From an uncultured Gemmatimonadales bacterium (lineage in GTDB: Bacteria; Gemmatimonadota; Gemmatimonadetes; Gemmatimonadales; Gemmatimonadaceae): 64,000 bases of DNA. How positions within the stretch are numbered: position 1 is the stretch's first letter; every line of letters starts with the position of its first letter. The translations under genes were made by a program, and so were the position numbers. Under the pieces are notes generated by a model. It had not been told where the DNA came from and did not search any database. It saw only the letters and a list, made by a program, of their open reading frames with translations. The DNA lies in NCBI GenBank assembly GCA_963707505.1, contig CAVPQB010000001.1, positions 96,001 to 160,000 on the forward strand, given 5' to 3'. This document shows positions 30,140 through 38,635 of this stretch, one piece after another.

Positions 30140-31342
30140 TCATACGGTACCTCGGTACTGTGCCAGCCACTCTGCGCTCCATGAATCGAACACGCCACTT
30201 TGAAGTGTCTCGCGTGCGCCACGCATGATGCCAATCAAAAACGATATGTTATGCAGCGCGAGCAGCCTCTTCCCCAACATCTCTTCGCTTACAAAAAGAT
30301 GTCGCAGATATGCCCGGTCATACTGCGTGCAGCAAGGGCAGTCGCATCCTTCCACCAATGGACGGCGATCGGTGCGATAGCTGCTCTGCCGAATCTGCAC
30401 CTTTCCATCGGGAGTGAACGCAGTTCCGTCGCGACCCATCCTCGTTGGCGCCACGCAGTCGAACAGATCGATGCCGCGACGCACTCCCTCGATGAGGTCG
30501 TCCGGGAAGCCCACACCCATCAAATATCGCGGGACATTGCGAGGCAGAATCGGATCGCACACTTCCAGCATCGCGTACGTATCATCCTTCGTTTCCCCGA
30601 CGGACAATCCACCTATCGCGACGCCGGACCAGTCTCCGCTATCGAGAATTCCGGCGACCGACGCTCTCCGAAGATCCGGGTAGGTACCGCCCTGCACTAT
30701 CGGAAAAAGCGCCTGCTGCGGTGCCGGACTGTCACATGCAAGAGCCGGTGCGCCAACCGGTACCGTGAATTCCGGAATCGGAGCGCGTCCTTCGCGAGAG
30801 ATCCGATCGAACTCGACCCGGCAACGTTGCAGCCAGCGGAGGCTGCGCTCCATCGCTGATCGCGCCGCTGCGACGTCACTCTGACCCTGAATCAGCTCGT
30901 CCAGCTGCATCATAACGTCCGCGCCGAGATTGCGTTCGATCCGCATCACACTCTCTGGCGTGTACTGATGCGCTGAGCCGTCGATGTGACTCTGGAATTC
31001 GACGCCATCCTCACTCACTGTCCGGAGTCTGGATAACGAGAACACCTGAAACCCGCCGGAGTCGGTGAGCATCGGGCCGTTCCATCTCGTAAAGGCATGG
31101 AGACCGCCGAGCGAACGTACCATCATGTCGCCGGGACGAAGGTAGAGGTGGTACGCGTTTGCCAGTACCATCTGGCCACCCGCTGCTGCGACCTCCTCCA
31201 TCGACAGTCCGCGCACAACACCATGTGTACCGACGGGCATGAAAGCGGGTGTCTCGACCACTCCGTGCGGAGTGTCGAGCCAGCCAAGACGTGCAGAGCC
31301 GCAGTCATGTGAAGTTCGAAATGAAAACGGCGCCACGCTCAC
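30140..31342 (-). CDS. tgt: tRNA-guanine(34) transglycosylase
   Basis: TPAFMPVGT, DSGGFQ, GGLSVGE, PRYLMGVG, FDCVAPTR, CDCPCC..H zinc site. Confidence 0.95.
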   Translation of the reverse strand: MSVAPFSFRTSHDCGSARLGWLDTPHGVVETPAFMPVGTHGVVRGLSMEEVAAAGGQMVLANAYHLYLRPGDMMVRSLGGLHAFTRWNGPMLTDSGGFQVFSLSRLRTVSEDGVEFQSHIDGSAHQYTPESVMRIERNLGADVMMQLDELIQGQSDVAAARSAMERSLRWLQRCRVEFDRISREGRAPIPEFTVPVGAPALACDSPAPQQALFPIVQGGTYPDLRRASVAGILDSGDWSGVAIGGLSVGETKDDTYAMLEVCDPILPRNVPRYLMGVGFPDDLIEGVRRGIDLFDCVAPTRMGRDGTAFTPDGKVQIRQSSYRTDRRPLVEGCDCPCCTQYDRAYLRHLFVSEEMLGKRLLALHNISFLIGIMRGARETLQSGVFDSWSAEWLAQYRGTV

Positions 31343-32625
31343 AGGCGAGTCATCAACGACGCCACGGCATTCTGGACAATTACACCCAGGATGCCGAGCA
31401 CGGCGAGCGAGCTCATTGTAAGTGTGAGATGTTTCTTGAGGCCGGGGTCTCTCGATACACGTGTAGCGAACACGACATTCACCAGCACGCTCACTGCGGT
31501 CGCGAGAACCGCGCCGATCGCAGCAACCGATGGGGTGATAGTACCGTGTGCGGCGAGCAGCGCGGCCGATGCAACAGCGCTCGCGCTCGACAGAACACCG
31601 CCAATGATGCTGACGAAATAGAAACCGGCATGGCCGAGCAGACGCTGGCCGAGTATTCCGGTAACCTGAATCGCGAGAAATACGAGACCATACTTGATCG
31701 CCGATGTGATCGAGAACGGCGAAGACAATGGGATGAGGGGCTGATTCTGGGCCGGGGCTTGGGATGCTCTGACCGACCGGTAGTGAAGAACGAGTAGCAC
31801 GATCCCCGCACCGATCATCAACGTGAATGCAAGCATTCCGCTCACGAGTGCTGCCGGTGCCAGCAGTACCAGCAGGACTGCGTTGCGAAGTATGGATGCT
31901 ACAATCGCAAGCAGGATTCCGGCGTACGCAACGCCCGTGAGCGCATCACCGCTGTCACGATCACGTGTGGCCATCTCCGTGACAGTAACCGTGCTGTTAA
32001 CAATCCCACCAAGAAATCCCGTCAAGGCGACTCCTTTTGCGCCGTACATCTTGAGCAGGATGTAATTGATGAATCCGATGCCCGCGATGAGCATTACGAT
32101 TATCCACGCTGCTCTGAGATCGAGGAGATCCCAGCGGTCGGCGAATCCCCGTGGCAACACCGGATAGACAACGAACGCAAGAATCGCGAGCAGTATCGCC
32201 GACCGCAATTCGGAATCGGTAAGACCGAGACTGAACTTGTGAAGCGGCTGCTTCCACGCCAGCAGCGCTGCCGTTATCACCGCAAGCGCGGTCGGCGTGA
32301 GTGTCTGGCCTTCTCCTGCCAGTATTCCAGAGAGCGCGGTGAGCACGAGCGCCGCCGACGTCGTGAGTTCGATCCCCTCGCCCGCTTGCATGGTCTGCAC
32401 GTTCAGCAGTACGATCAGCACGCCCGTCAGCCCGACGCTCAGCAGAGCGAAGCTCTCGCCCAACAACGCCCCGACGCATCCGATCAGCGCGATGAAGGCG
32501 AAGGTCCTGAGCCCCGCCTCCTTGCCACGATGCTCACGCTCCAGCCCGGCAAAGAGCCCGATGGCGAGCGCGAGTGCCAGACGTTGGAACGTCGGCAGAA
32601 AAGGCCAGAGAGATGTCGAGTCCAA
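31339..32625 (-). CDS. MgtC/SapB family membrane protein with DUF4010
   Basis: GLERE..AGLRTF, LPRG, GGIVNST. Confidence 0.88.
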   Translation of the reverse strand: MDSTSLWPFLPTFQRLALALAIGLFAGLEREHRGKEAGLRTFAFIALIGCVGALLGESFALLSVGLTGVLIVLLNVQTMQAGEGIELTTSAALVLTALSGILAGEGQTLTPTALAVITAALLAWKQPLHKFSLGLTDSELRSAILLAILAFVVYPVLPRGFADRWDLLDLRAAWIIVMLIAGIGFINYILLKMYGAKGVALTGFLGGIVNSTVTVTEMATRDRDSGDALTGVAYAGILLAIVASILRNAVLLVLLAPAALVSGMLAFTLMIGAGIVLLVLHYRSVRASQAPAQNQPLIPLSSPFSITSAIKYGLVFLAIQVTGILGQRLLGHAGFYFVSIIGGVLSSASAVASAALLAAHGTITPSVAAIGAVLATAVSVLVNVVFATRVSRDPGLKKHLTLTMSSLAVLGILGVIVQNAVASLMTRL

Positions 32626-32637
32626 TTTCCTGTTTGG

Positions 32638-32683
32638 GCCTGAAAGTTGTGCCTGAAAGTTGTGCCTGAGAGTTGTGCCTGAA
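32638..32683. repeat. 13-bp tandem repeat, 3.5 copies
   Basis: gcctgaaagttgt, gcctgaaagttgt, gcctgagagttgt, gcctgaa. Confidence 0.92.
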
Positions 32684-32817
32684 TGTCCTTCTGGAAGTTA
32701 CGGCTTGCGCGTATTACTGATTAAATGGCTCATTGCCGCTCGAATTGGCGCTCGGGATACGGGCTCGATGGCCCATCTGTTAACCTTCAAACCCCGAACC
32801 CTGGAAGAGATAACGTA

Positions 32818-34722
32818 ATGGCGTCGTTGGGCATGCAGGACGTAAGCATCGCGTTCGGTGGACCGCCAGTCCTCGATCACGCCGCATTCAGCATCGAGCG
32901 CGGGGAGCGCGTCTGCCTGCTCGGACGAAATGGCACCGGCAAGAGTACGGTATTGAAACTGCTGGACGGTACCATCGCACCGGATGTCGGCGAGATTGTA
33001 CGCCAGACCGGGATCACCGTGACACGGCTGGAACAGGAGATCCCGACCGATCTCGGTGGAACGATCTTCGACGTCGTTGCCGCCGGACTCGGCGACACGG
33101 GAAGTCTGCTCACACGCTACCACGCGGCGAGCCATCGAGTGGCGACTGACGGCAGTGCCAGCGCGCTGCGCGATCTGGATCGACTGCATCGAGCCCTCGA
33201 CAGCGCCAATGCATGGCAGGTACAGACTCGGGTGGAAACCGTGCTGTTTCACCTGGGATTGGACGGCGAGGCACAGTTTGCGGCAGCGTCTGGTGGTAGA
33301 AAGCGTCAGACTCTGCTGGCTCGCGCACTCGTAGCCGAGCCGGATGTGCTGCTGCTGGACGAGCCGACCAATCATCTCGACGTCGATGCGGTCGAATGGA
33401 TGGAAACGTTTCTCGTGGATCGCGGCATTACCCTCGTCCTCGTCACACACGACCGCGCATTCCTGCGCCGCGTCGCCACGCGCATCGTCGAGCTCGATCG
33501 TGGACAGCTGGTCGATTGGGGTGGTGATTACGATACATATCTCGAGCGAAAGGAAGCAGCACTCGCCGCCGAGGCGCGCGAATGGATCGAGTTCGACAAG
33601 AAGCTCGCCAAGGAAGAAGTATGGATTCGGACCGGCATCCAGGCGCGCAGAACTCGTAACGAGGGACGAGTAAGATCTCTCGAAGCATTGCGCAACGAGC
33701 GCCGCGCGCGGCGTGAGCGCACGGGAACCGCGAAGCTACAGGCACAGGAATCCGATCGGTCCGGACGGCTGGTCGTAGATGCGCGAGCAGTGACATTCGC
33801 GCGCGGTGACCGCACGATCATTCGCGATTTCTCGACAACGATCATGCGTGGTGATCGTGTCGGTCTCATCGGGCCCAACGGATCCGGCAAGACGACGCTG
33901 CTACGTCTGCTGCTTGGCGAGCTCGAGCCTGATTCCGGTACGATTCGTATCGGCACCGGACTCGATATAGCGTACTTCGATCAGATGCGCGAGCAGCTGG
34001 ATCCCGACAGAAGCGTATTCGATAGCGTGGCTGACGGCTCCGACTTCATAGATATCGCCGGCGTGCGAAAGCACGTACTCGGCTATCTCCAGGACTTTCT
34101 CTTTTCACCAGACCGTTCGCGTGCTCCGGTGCGCGCACTGTCCGGCGGAGAGCGAAATCGCCTGCTGCTAGCACGTCTCTTCACGCGACCGTTCAATCTG
34201 CTCGTGATGGACGAGCCGACAAATGATCTCGACATCGAGACACTGGATCTGCTGGAAGAGCTTCTGCTCGAGTTCAAGGGAACGCTGCTGGTCGTGAGTC
34301 ACGATCGCGCTTTTCTCGACAATGTCGTCACGAGCACGCTGGTATTCGAGGGCAACGGCAGCGTGGGCGAGTACGCTGGTGGTTACGCCGACTGGCTGCG
34401 CCAGCGACGAATCCCGGAGCGAGAAACATCAACGACACCAGCATCCAGCAAGCCGAAGCGCACCGCCGCTTCGACTCCGACACCGGCGCGCAAGCGTCGC
34501 CTTACCTACAAGGAAACGAGTGAGCTGGCATCGCTTCCGGATGAAATCGACAGGCGTGAGAAGGAGCGCGAGCAGATCTATACATCGCTCGCCGACTCGA
34601 CATTCCTGCGCGACGGCGCGGCTGTCGCTGCCGCCAAGGATCGGCTCGACGAGATCGAGCTCGAGATGACTCAGTTGATGGGCCGATGGGAAGAGCTGGA
34701 GACGATCGCAAGCGACAGGTAG
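32818..34722 (+). CDS. uup: ABC-F family ATPase Uup
   Basis: Two ABC domains (GRNGTGKST, GPNGSGKTT), ARRTRNEGRVR linker, C-terminal LTYKE..RWEELE. Confidence 0.9.
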   Translation: MASLGMQDVSIAFGGPPVLDHAAFSIERGERVCLLGRNGTGKSTVLKLLDGTIAPDVGEIVRQTGITVTRLEQEIPTDLGGTIFDVVAAGLGDTGSLLTRYHAASHRVATDGSASALRDLDRLHRALDSANAWQVQTRVETVLFHLGLDGEAQFAAASGGRKRQTLLARALVAEPDVLLLDEPTNHLDVDAVEWMETFLVDRGITLVLVTHDRAFLRRVATRIVELDRGQLVDWGGDYDTYLERKEAALAAEAREWIEFDKKLAKEEVWIRTGIQARRTRNEGRVRSLEALRNERRARRERTGTAKLQAQESDRSGRLVVDARAVTFARGDRTIIRDFSTTIMRGDRVGLIGPNGSGKTTLLRLLLGELEPDSGTIRIGTGLDIAYFDQMREQLDPDRSVFDSVADGSDFIDIAGVRKHVLGYLQDFLFSPDRSRAPVRALSGGERNRLLLARLFTRPFNLLVMDEPTNDLDIETLDLLEELLLEFKGTLLVVSHDRAFLDNVVTSTLVFEGNGSVGEYAGGYADWLRQRRIPERETSTTPASSKPKRTAASTPTPARKRRLTYKETSELASLPDEIDRREKEREQIYTSLADSTFLRDGAAVAAAKDRLDEIELEMTQLMGRWEELETIASDR

Positions 34723-35008
34723 AATCGTCAGATGTTGCCCGTTGCTACTTTATCGCCGTCAACACAGGCCCAGTTAGATCTCCGTTTGGAAGTAAGATCG
34801 AACCGTATGCCAATCCAGCTCTCCGCGCGATAAACAAACGATTACCACGCAGTCCGCTCGACGAAACTATATTGGGGTGCATACAATATGCATTTATGGC
34901 CCCTGCACGACGCTATCGGCGCAGGATTGTTGGCGCCATGGTGAGTACCGGCGTCGAGTAGGTGGGTTCGTTAGCCTCCGTACGGGCCACCACTCGGCGC
35001 CCGGCGCC

Positions 35009-35032
35009 GTCCTGCGGGTCCTGCGGGTCCTG
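35009..35032. repeat. 9-bp tandem repeat, 2.7 copies
   Basis: gtcctgcgg gtcctgcgg gtcctg. Confidence 0.75.
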
Positions 35033-35055
35033 GCGCAGACACGCAGCTATCGGCC

Positions 35056-35559
35056 CTACGCGGCTACCGCCATCTCTTCCTGGACCGAGCGCGCGACACA
35101 GAACTCGTTGCAGCGGATCCTGCGCGGACACTTGAGACAATCGCGCCTGATCTTCTCGGGATACAATGCCCGGTCCGCGATCGAGTAGCCGGCGCTCTCG
35201 AAGAACTTGGGTGTGAGTGTCAGCGCGAACAGTTCGTCGATTCCACGCTTGCGCGCAAGTCGCTCGACTTCGGCAACTATCGCAGTTCCGAGCCCAAGTC
35301 CATGCGCGTCACGCGCCACTGCAACAGATGCAACCTCGGCGAGCGACGGCGAATATTCCTTGAGCGCGCCGCACGCCATCACGGTTCCAGCAGAATCCAC
35401 GGCAACGACAAAATCGTGCAGCGTCATGCTTACTGATTCAGGCGACCGGTACAACATGATCGCCTCCGCAGCATAACCATTCACGAGCGACACGATGCCG
35501 GAGACGTCACCGCTGCGCGCGGCGCGCAACGTGATCGATGCCGTCACATCAGGATTCAT
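35056..35559 (-). CDS. argA: Short GNAT-type N-acetylglutamate synthase
   Basis: LAEVASVAV..GLGLG, LFALT..FF, PEKIRRDCLKC; last gene of the arg cluster. Confidence 0.75.
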   Translation of the reverse strand: MNPDVTASITLRAARSGDVSGIVSLVNGYAAEAIMLYRSPESVSMTLHDFVVAVDSAGTVMACGALKEYSPSLAEVASVAVARDAHGLGLGTAIVAEVERLARKRGIDELFALTLTPKFFESAGYSIADRALYPEKIRRDCLKCPRRIRCNEFCVARSVQEEMAVAA

Positions 35560-36782
35560 CGAAGGACCTCTTCAAGCGATTCCAGTCCGTCTCTCATGTC
35601 ATCGCGGCTCATGACGAGCGGTGGCAGCAGACGGAGCGTGTACTCACCCGCGGATAGAATGAGAAGACCCGCATCCATCGCGCGCCCGACGACGCCGGCA
35701 GCCGGCTCGACGACATCGATTCCCCACATTAGCCCCATACCGCGCACCGCACGCACGCGACCAGTGCGACGCATGATCGCGCGAAGCTCCTCGGCCATCC
35801 ATGCGCCGTTGTCGCGCACCTGCTCCAGTAGCGCTGGCTCCGCAAGACGCTTCACGACATGCAGCGCGACGCTCGCGACCAACGGTCCTCCACCGAACGT
35901 GGTACCGTGATCGCCTGGCTTCATTACCGCCGAGATCTCTTCGCTGACGAGCACCGCGCCCATCGGCAGACCGGCTGCAATCGGCTTAGCGAGCGTTACC
36001 ATGTCCGGCACGACACCCGTCTGCTCGTATGCGAACAATGTTCCGGTGCGGCCGAGTCCACACTGTATCTCATCGAAGATGAGAGCGATGCGACGTTCGT
36101 GCGTGAGCGCGCGCAGCTCCGCGAGCAGCCCGCGGTCTATCACTCGCACGCCGCCCTCGCCCTGCACCGGCTCGAGTATCACGGCTGCAATAGTCCGCGC
36201 ATCCAGCGCCGCATCGAGATCTTCAATCGTGCGCTCGACGATCGATACTCCCGGTGCCAGCGGCAGGAACGGCGCCTGGTACTTGGCGCGATCCGTAGCC
36301 GCCAGCGACGCGAAAAGACGGCCGTGGAACGCGCCGCGCAACGAGATTATGCCGGTCTTGTCGGGCGACATGGAACGGCCGAACTTGCGCGCGAACTTGA
36401 ACGCGCCCTCGTTCGCTTCCGCGCCTGAGTTGCAATAGAAGACAGACGACGCGAAGGAGTGGTCGACGAGAAACTCCGCCAGCTCCTCTCCAGGTGCGGT
36501 GCGATACAGGTTGGATACGTGCAACAGACCCGTCGCGACCGCATCCTGAATCGCGCGCGCGATGCCGGCGTCGTTGTAGCCGAACGCATTCACGGCGATG
36601 CCACTCGCGAAATCCAGATACGCCTTGCCGCTCGCGTCGTACAGATACATGCCGTCACCACGAACGAATTGTGCGGGCGGGCGCTTGTACGTGCCAAGTA
36701 TGGCTGACTGCGTTGGTACTGGAACCGGTATTGCCGGCTGTTCGGTGGATAGTTGCATCACAGGCAAAGTCATTGTCGTCAC
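35556..36782 (-). CDS. argD: Acetylornithine aminotransferase
   Basis: NSGAEANE, FHGR, EPVQGEGG, DEIQCGLGRTG, TLAK, HGTTFGG. Confidence 0.92.
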   Translation of the reverse strand: MTTMTLPVMQLSTEQPAIPVPVPTQSAILGTYKRPPAQFVRGDGMYLYDASGKAYLDFASGIAVNAFGYNDAGIARAIQDAVATGLLHVSNLYRTAPGEELAEFLVDHSFASSVFYCNSGAEANEGAFKFARKFGRSMSPDKTGIISLRGAFHGRLFASLAATDRAKYQAPFLPLAPGVSIVERTIEDLDAALDARTIAAVILEPVQGEGGVRVIDRGLLAELRALTHERRIALIFDEIQCGLGRTGTLFAYEQTGVVPDMVTLAKPIAAGLPMGAVLVSEEISAVMKPGDHGTTFGGGPLVASVALHVVKRLAEPALLEQVRDNGAWMAEELRAIMRRTGRVRAVRGMGLMWGIDVVEPAAGVVGRAMDAGLLILSAGEYTLRLLPPLVMSRDDMRDGLESLEEVLR

Positions 36783-37555
36783 TTTGCGCCTACCGTTGCG
36801 AGTGTTATGAATGTGCCGCGCCCGGATTCTCCGAGCGCGTCGATATCGGCAATGCGAACAGCACGAACTCCGCCAGCAAGCGCGGCGTGCGCTGCTTCCA
36901 GCTTGGCGGCCATTCCGCCACCAGCAATTCCCGACGCGATGAGTGCACGCGCTTCATCGACGTCGAGCTGATCGATCACCTCTCCCGACGAATCGAGCAC
37001 GCCTTCGACGTCTGCAACCAGCAGCAGCTCGTCTGCACCGAGCGCAACGGCGATGGCTGCCGCAGCGTCATCGCCGTTGACGTTGAGCGCAGTACCCGGT
37101 GTTTCGACGTTCGTCGCGAGCGGCGACACGATCGGTAGTAACCCCGCGAGCCAGAGCGTCTCGATCAACGACGTGTTGATGCTTACCGGCATGCCGACGT
37201 AACCGAATTCTGAAATGCCGAGCGGCTTCGCTGCGATCAGAGACGCATCTTCGCCAGAGATGCCGACGGCAGGTGCGCCAGCCGCGTTGAACTGCGACAC
37301 CAGTCTCTTGTTGACGACGCCCGAGAGAACCATCCGGATGATGTCGAGATCCTGCAGGGTCGTAACGCGGCGGCCGCCAGCGAACTTTGGCTCGCCGCCG
37401 AGCTTGCGCTGCAGCGCCGAGATCTCGTCGCCGCCTCCGTGCACGACACACATCGCGTTGCTCGCGTTCCATGCGGAAGCGATCGTCGCGGCGAGCGAGT
37501 CCGAGGATTGTGCGCGGCCGCCCAGTTTCACCACACGCGTCAATGGCTCCATCAT
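36779..37555 (-). CDS. argB: Acetylglutamate kinase
   Basis: VVKLGG, VHGGG, GRRVT, NVNGD, GGMAAKL. Confidence 0.92.
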   Translation of the reverse strand: MMEPLTRVVKLGGRAQSSDSLAATIASAWNASNAMCVVHGGGDEISALQRKLGGEPKFAGGRRVTTLQDLDIIRMVLSGVVNKRLVSQFNAAGAPAVGISGEDASLIAAKPLGISEFGYVGMPVSINTSLIETLWLAGLLPIVSPLATNVETPGTALNVNGDDAAAAIAVALGADELLLVADVEGVLDSSGEVIDQLDVDEARALIASGIAGGGMAAKLEAAHAALAGGVRAVRIADIDALGESGRGTFITLATVGAK

Positions 37556-38526
37556 GCCGGCAATCCTGCGATTTCAGGAAGGCCAAACATGACGTTCGCG
37601 TTCTGAACCGCCTGTCCAGCCGCGCCTTTCATGAGGTTGTCGATTGCCGCGACGATTATCAATGTTGGTTGACGCACGTTCGCAGCCTTCGTGACGCTCA
37701 CGCGCACGACGTTGCGATGCACCACGTCGCGAAGTGACGGCATCGTGTCGCTCACTTCTATGAACGGCTCATCGCGATACATGTCGCGCCAGAGCGACAG
37801 CGGCTGCGCGAGCGATTCGTTCACGGGAACCGTGATCGTGGCGAGTATGCCGCGCGCGACAGGAAGCAGATGTGGCGTGAAAAGGATGTCATTGTCACCG
37901 CCCATCTCGCTGACCACGGCGCGCATCTCGTTCAGGTGCCGGTGCTCGTTTCCGACCGCGTAGGCGCGGAAGTCTTCGGCGACCTCCGCGAACATCAGCT
38001 CTGGCTTTGGTGTGAAACCTGCGCCCGTGACCCCACTGGCCGCGCTCACGTTGATCGTCGCGCCCTTCACTGTGAGCGAACGGGCGAGCAGCGGCGCCAG
38101 CGCGATGAGGATCGCAGTCGGGTAGCAGCCGGGATTCGCGACGACGTCCGCCCCGGGCAGCAACGGCCGTGTCAGCTCGGTCAGGCCGTATGGAACAGTC
38201 GTTCCATTATACGATGTCGAGCCGTTCCCGGGGCGCAGATCCGCTGAGAGATCGACCACCTTGGCGCCCGCAGTGGCAGCAGCCTGTACCCAGCTCGCTG
38301 ACGCCCCGTGCGGCAGCGCCGAGAAGACGAGGCCGGCGCTATCGAGCCGCGCCTCGTCGGTCGCGATCAGCGAGATGGAGCGGCCGGCAGCGCGGATGGT
38401 CTCGCCAGCCCGAGAATTGGCCGACGCGAAGGCCAGTTCCATGGATGGATGCCGCTCGACGAGATCACAAATCTCGCGGCCAGCGTATCCCGAGGCGCCG
38501 AGCACGCCGACCGTAATTTTATTCAC
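37552..38526 (-). CDS. argC: N-acetyl-gamma-glutamyl-phosphate reductase
   Basis: GASGYAG, ALPHG, ANPGCYPT, SGVTGAG, IDNLMKGAAGQAVQN; GTG start chosen. Confidence 0.94.
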   Translation of the reverse strand: MNKITVGVLGASGYAGREICDLVERHPSMELAFASANSRAGETIRAAGRSISLIATDEARLDSAGLVFSALPHGASASWVQAAATAGAKVVDLSADLRPGNGSTSYNGTTVPYGLTELTRPLLPGADVVANPGCYPTAILIALAPLLARSLTVKGATINVSAASGVTGAGFTPKPELMFAEVAEDFRAYAVGNEHRHLNEMRAVVSEMGGDNDILFTPHLLPVARGILATITVPVNESLAQPLSLWRDMYRDEPFIEVSDTMPSLRDVVHRNVVRVSVTKAANVRQPTLIIVAAIDNLMKGAAGQAVQNANVMFGLPEIAGLPA

Positions 38527-38548
38527 CAGGAATGTATAAACAGTCACC
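38510..38548 (-). promoter_or_regulatory. Tandem ARG-box-like operator overlapping the argC start
   Basis: Minus strand reads ggtgactgtttatacatt-cct-ggtgaataaaattacggt, an 18+3+18 layout resembling TGAATwwwwATTCA. Confidence 0.62.
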
Positions 38549-38635
38549 GGGGCAGTCGCAATGGCTCCGATGTCTCTAACGAAGGTCTGACGCTCAGCGT
38601 ACAGAAGAAGACCCCTCAATCAGGAGCCGCGTTTA

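Noticed and set aside
32638..32683. Short repeats here and at 1299 and 56473 as CRISPR arrays
   Set aside because: Units are 11-13 bp, directly adjacent with no spacers, and there are no cas genes in the window.
34723..35055. Small gene in the lower-GC gap between uup and argA
   Set aside because: Only short ORFs with no motif or clear RBS.
35556..38526. LysW-dependent lysine pathway (lysY/lysZ/lysJ) instead of arg genes
   Set aside because: No lysW or lysX in the cluster; the GNAT acetyltransferase and ARG-box-like site favour arginine synthesis.
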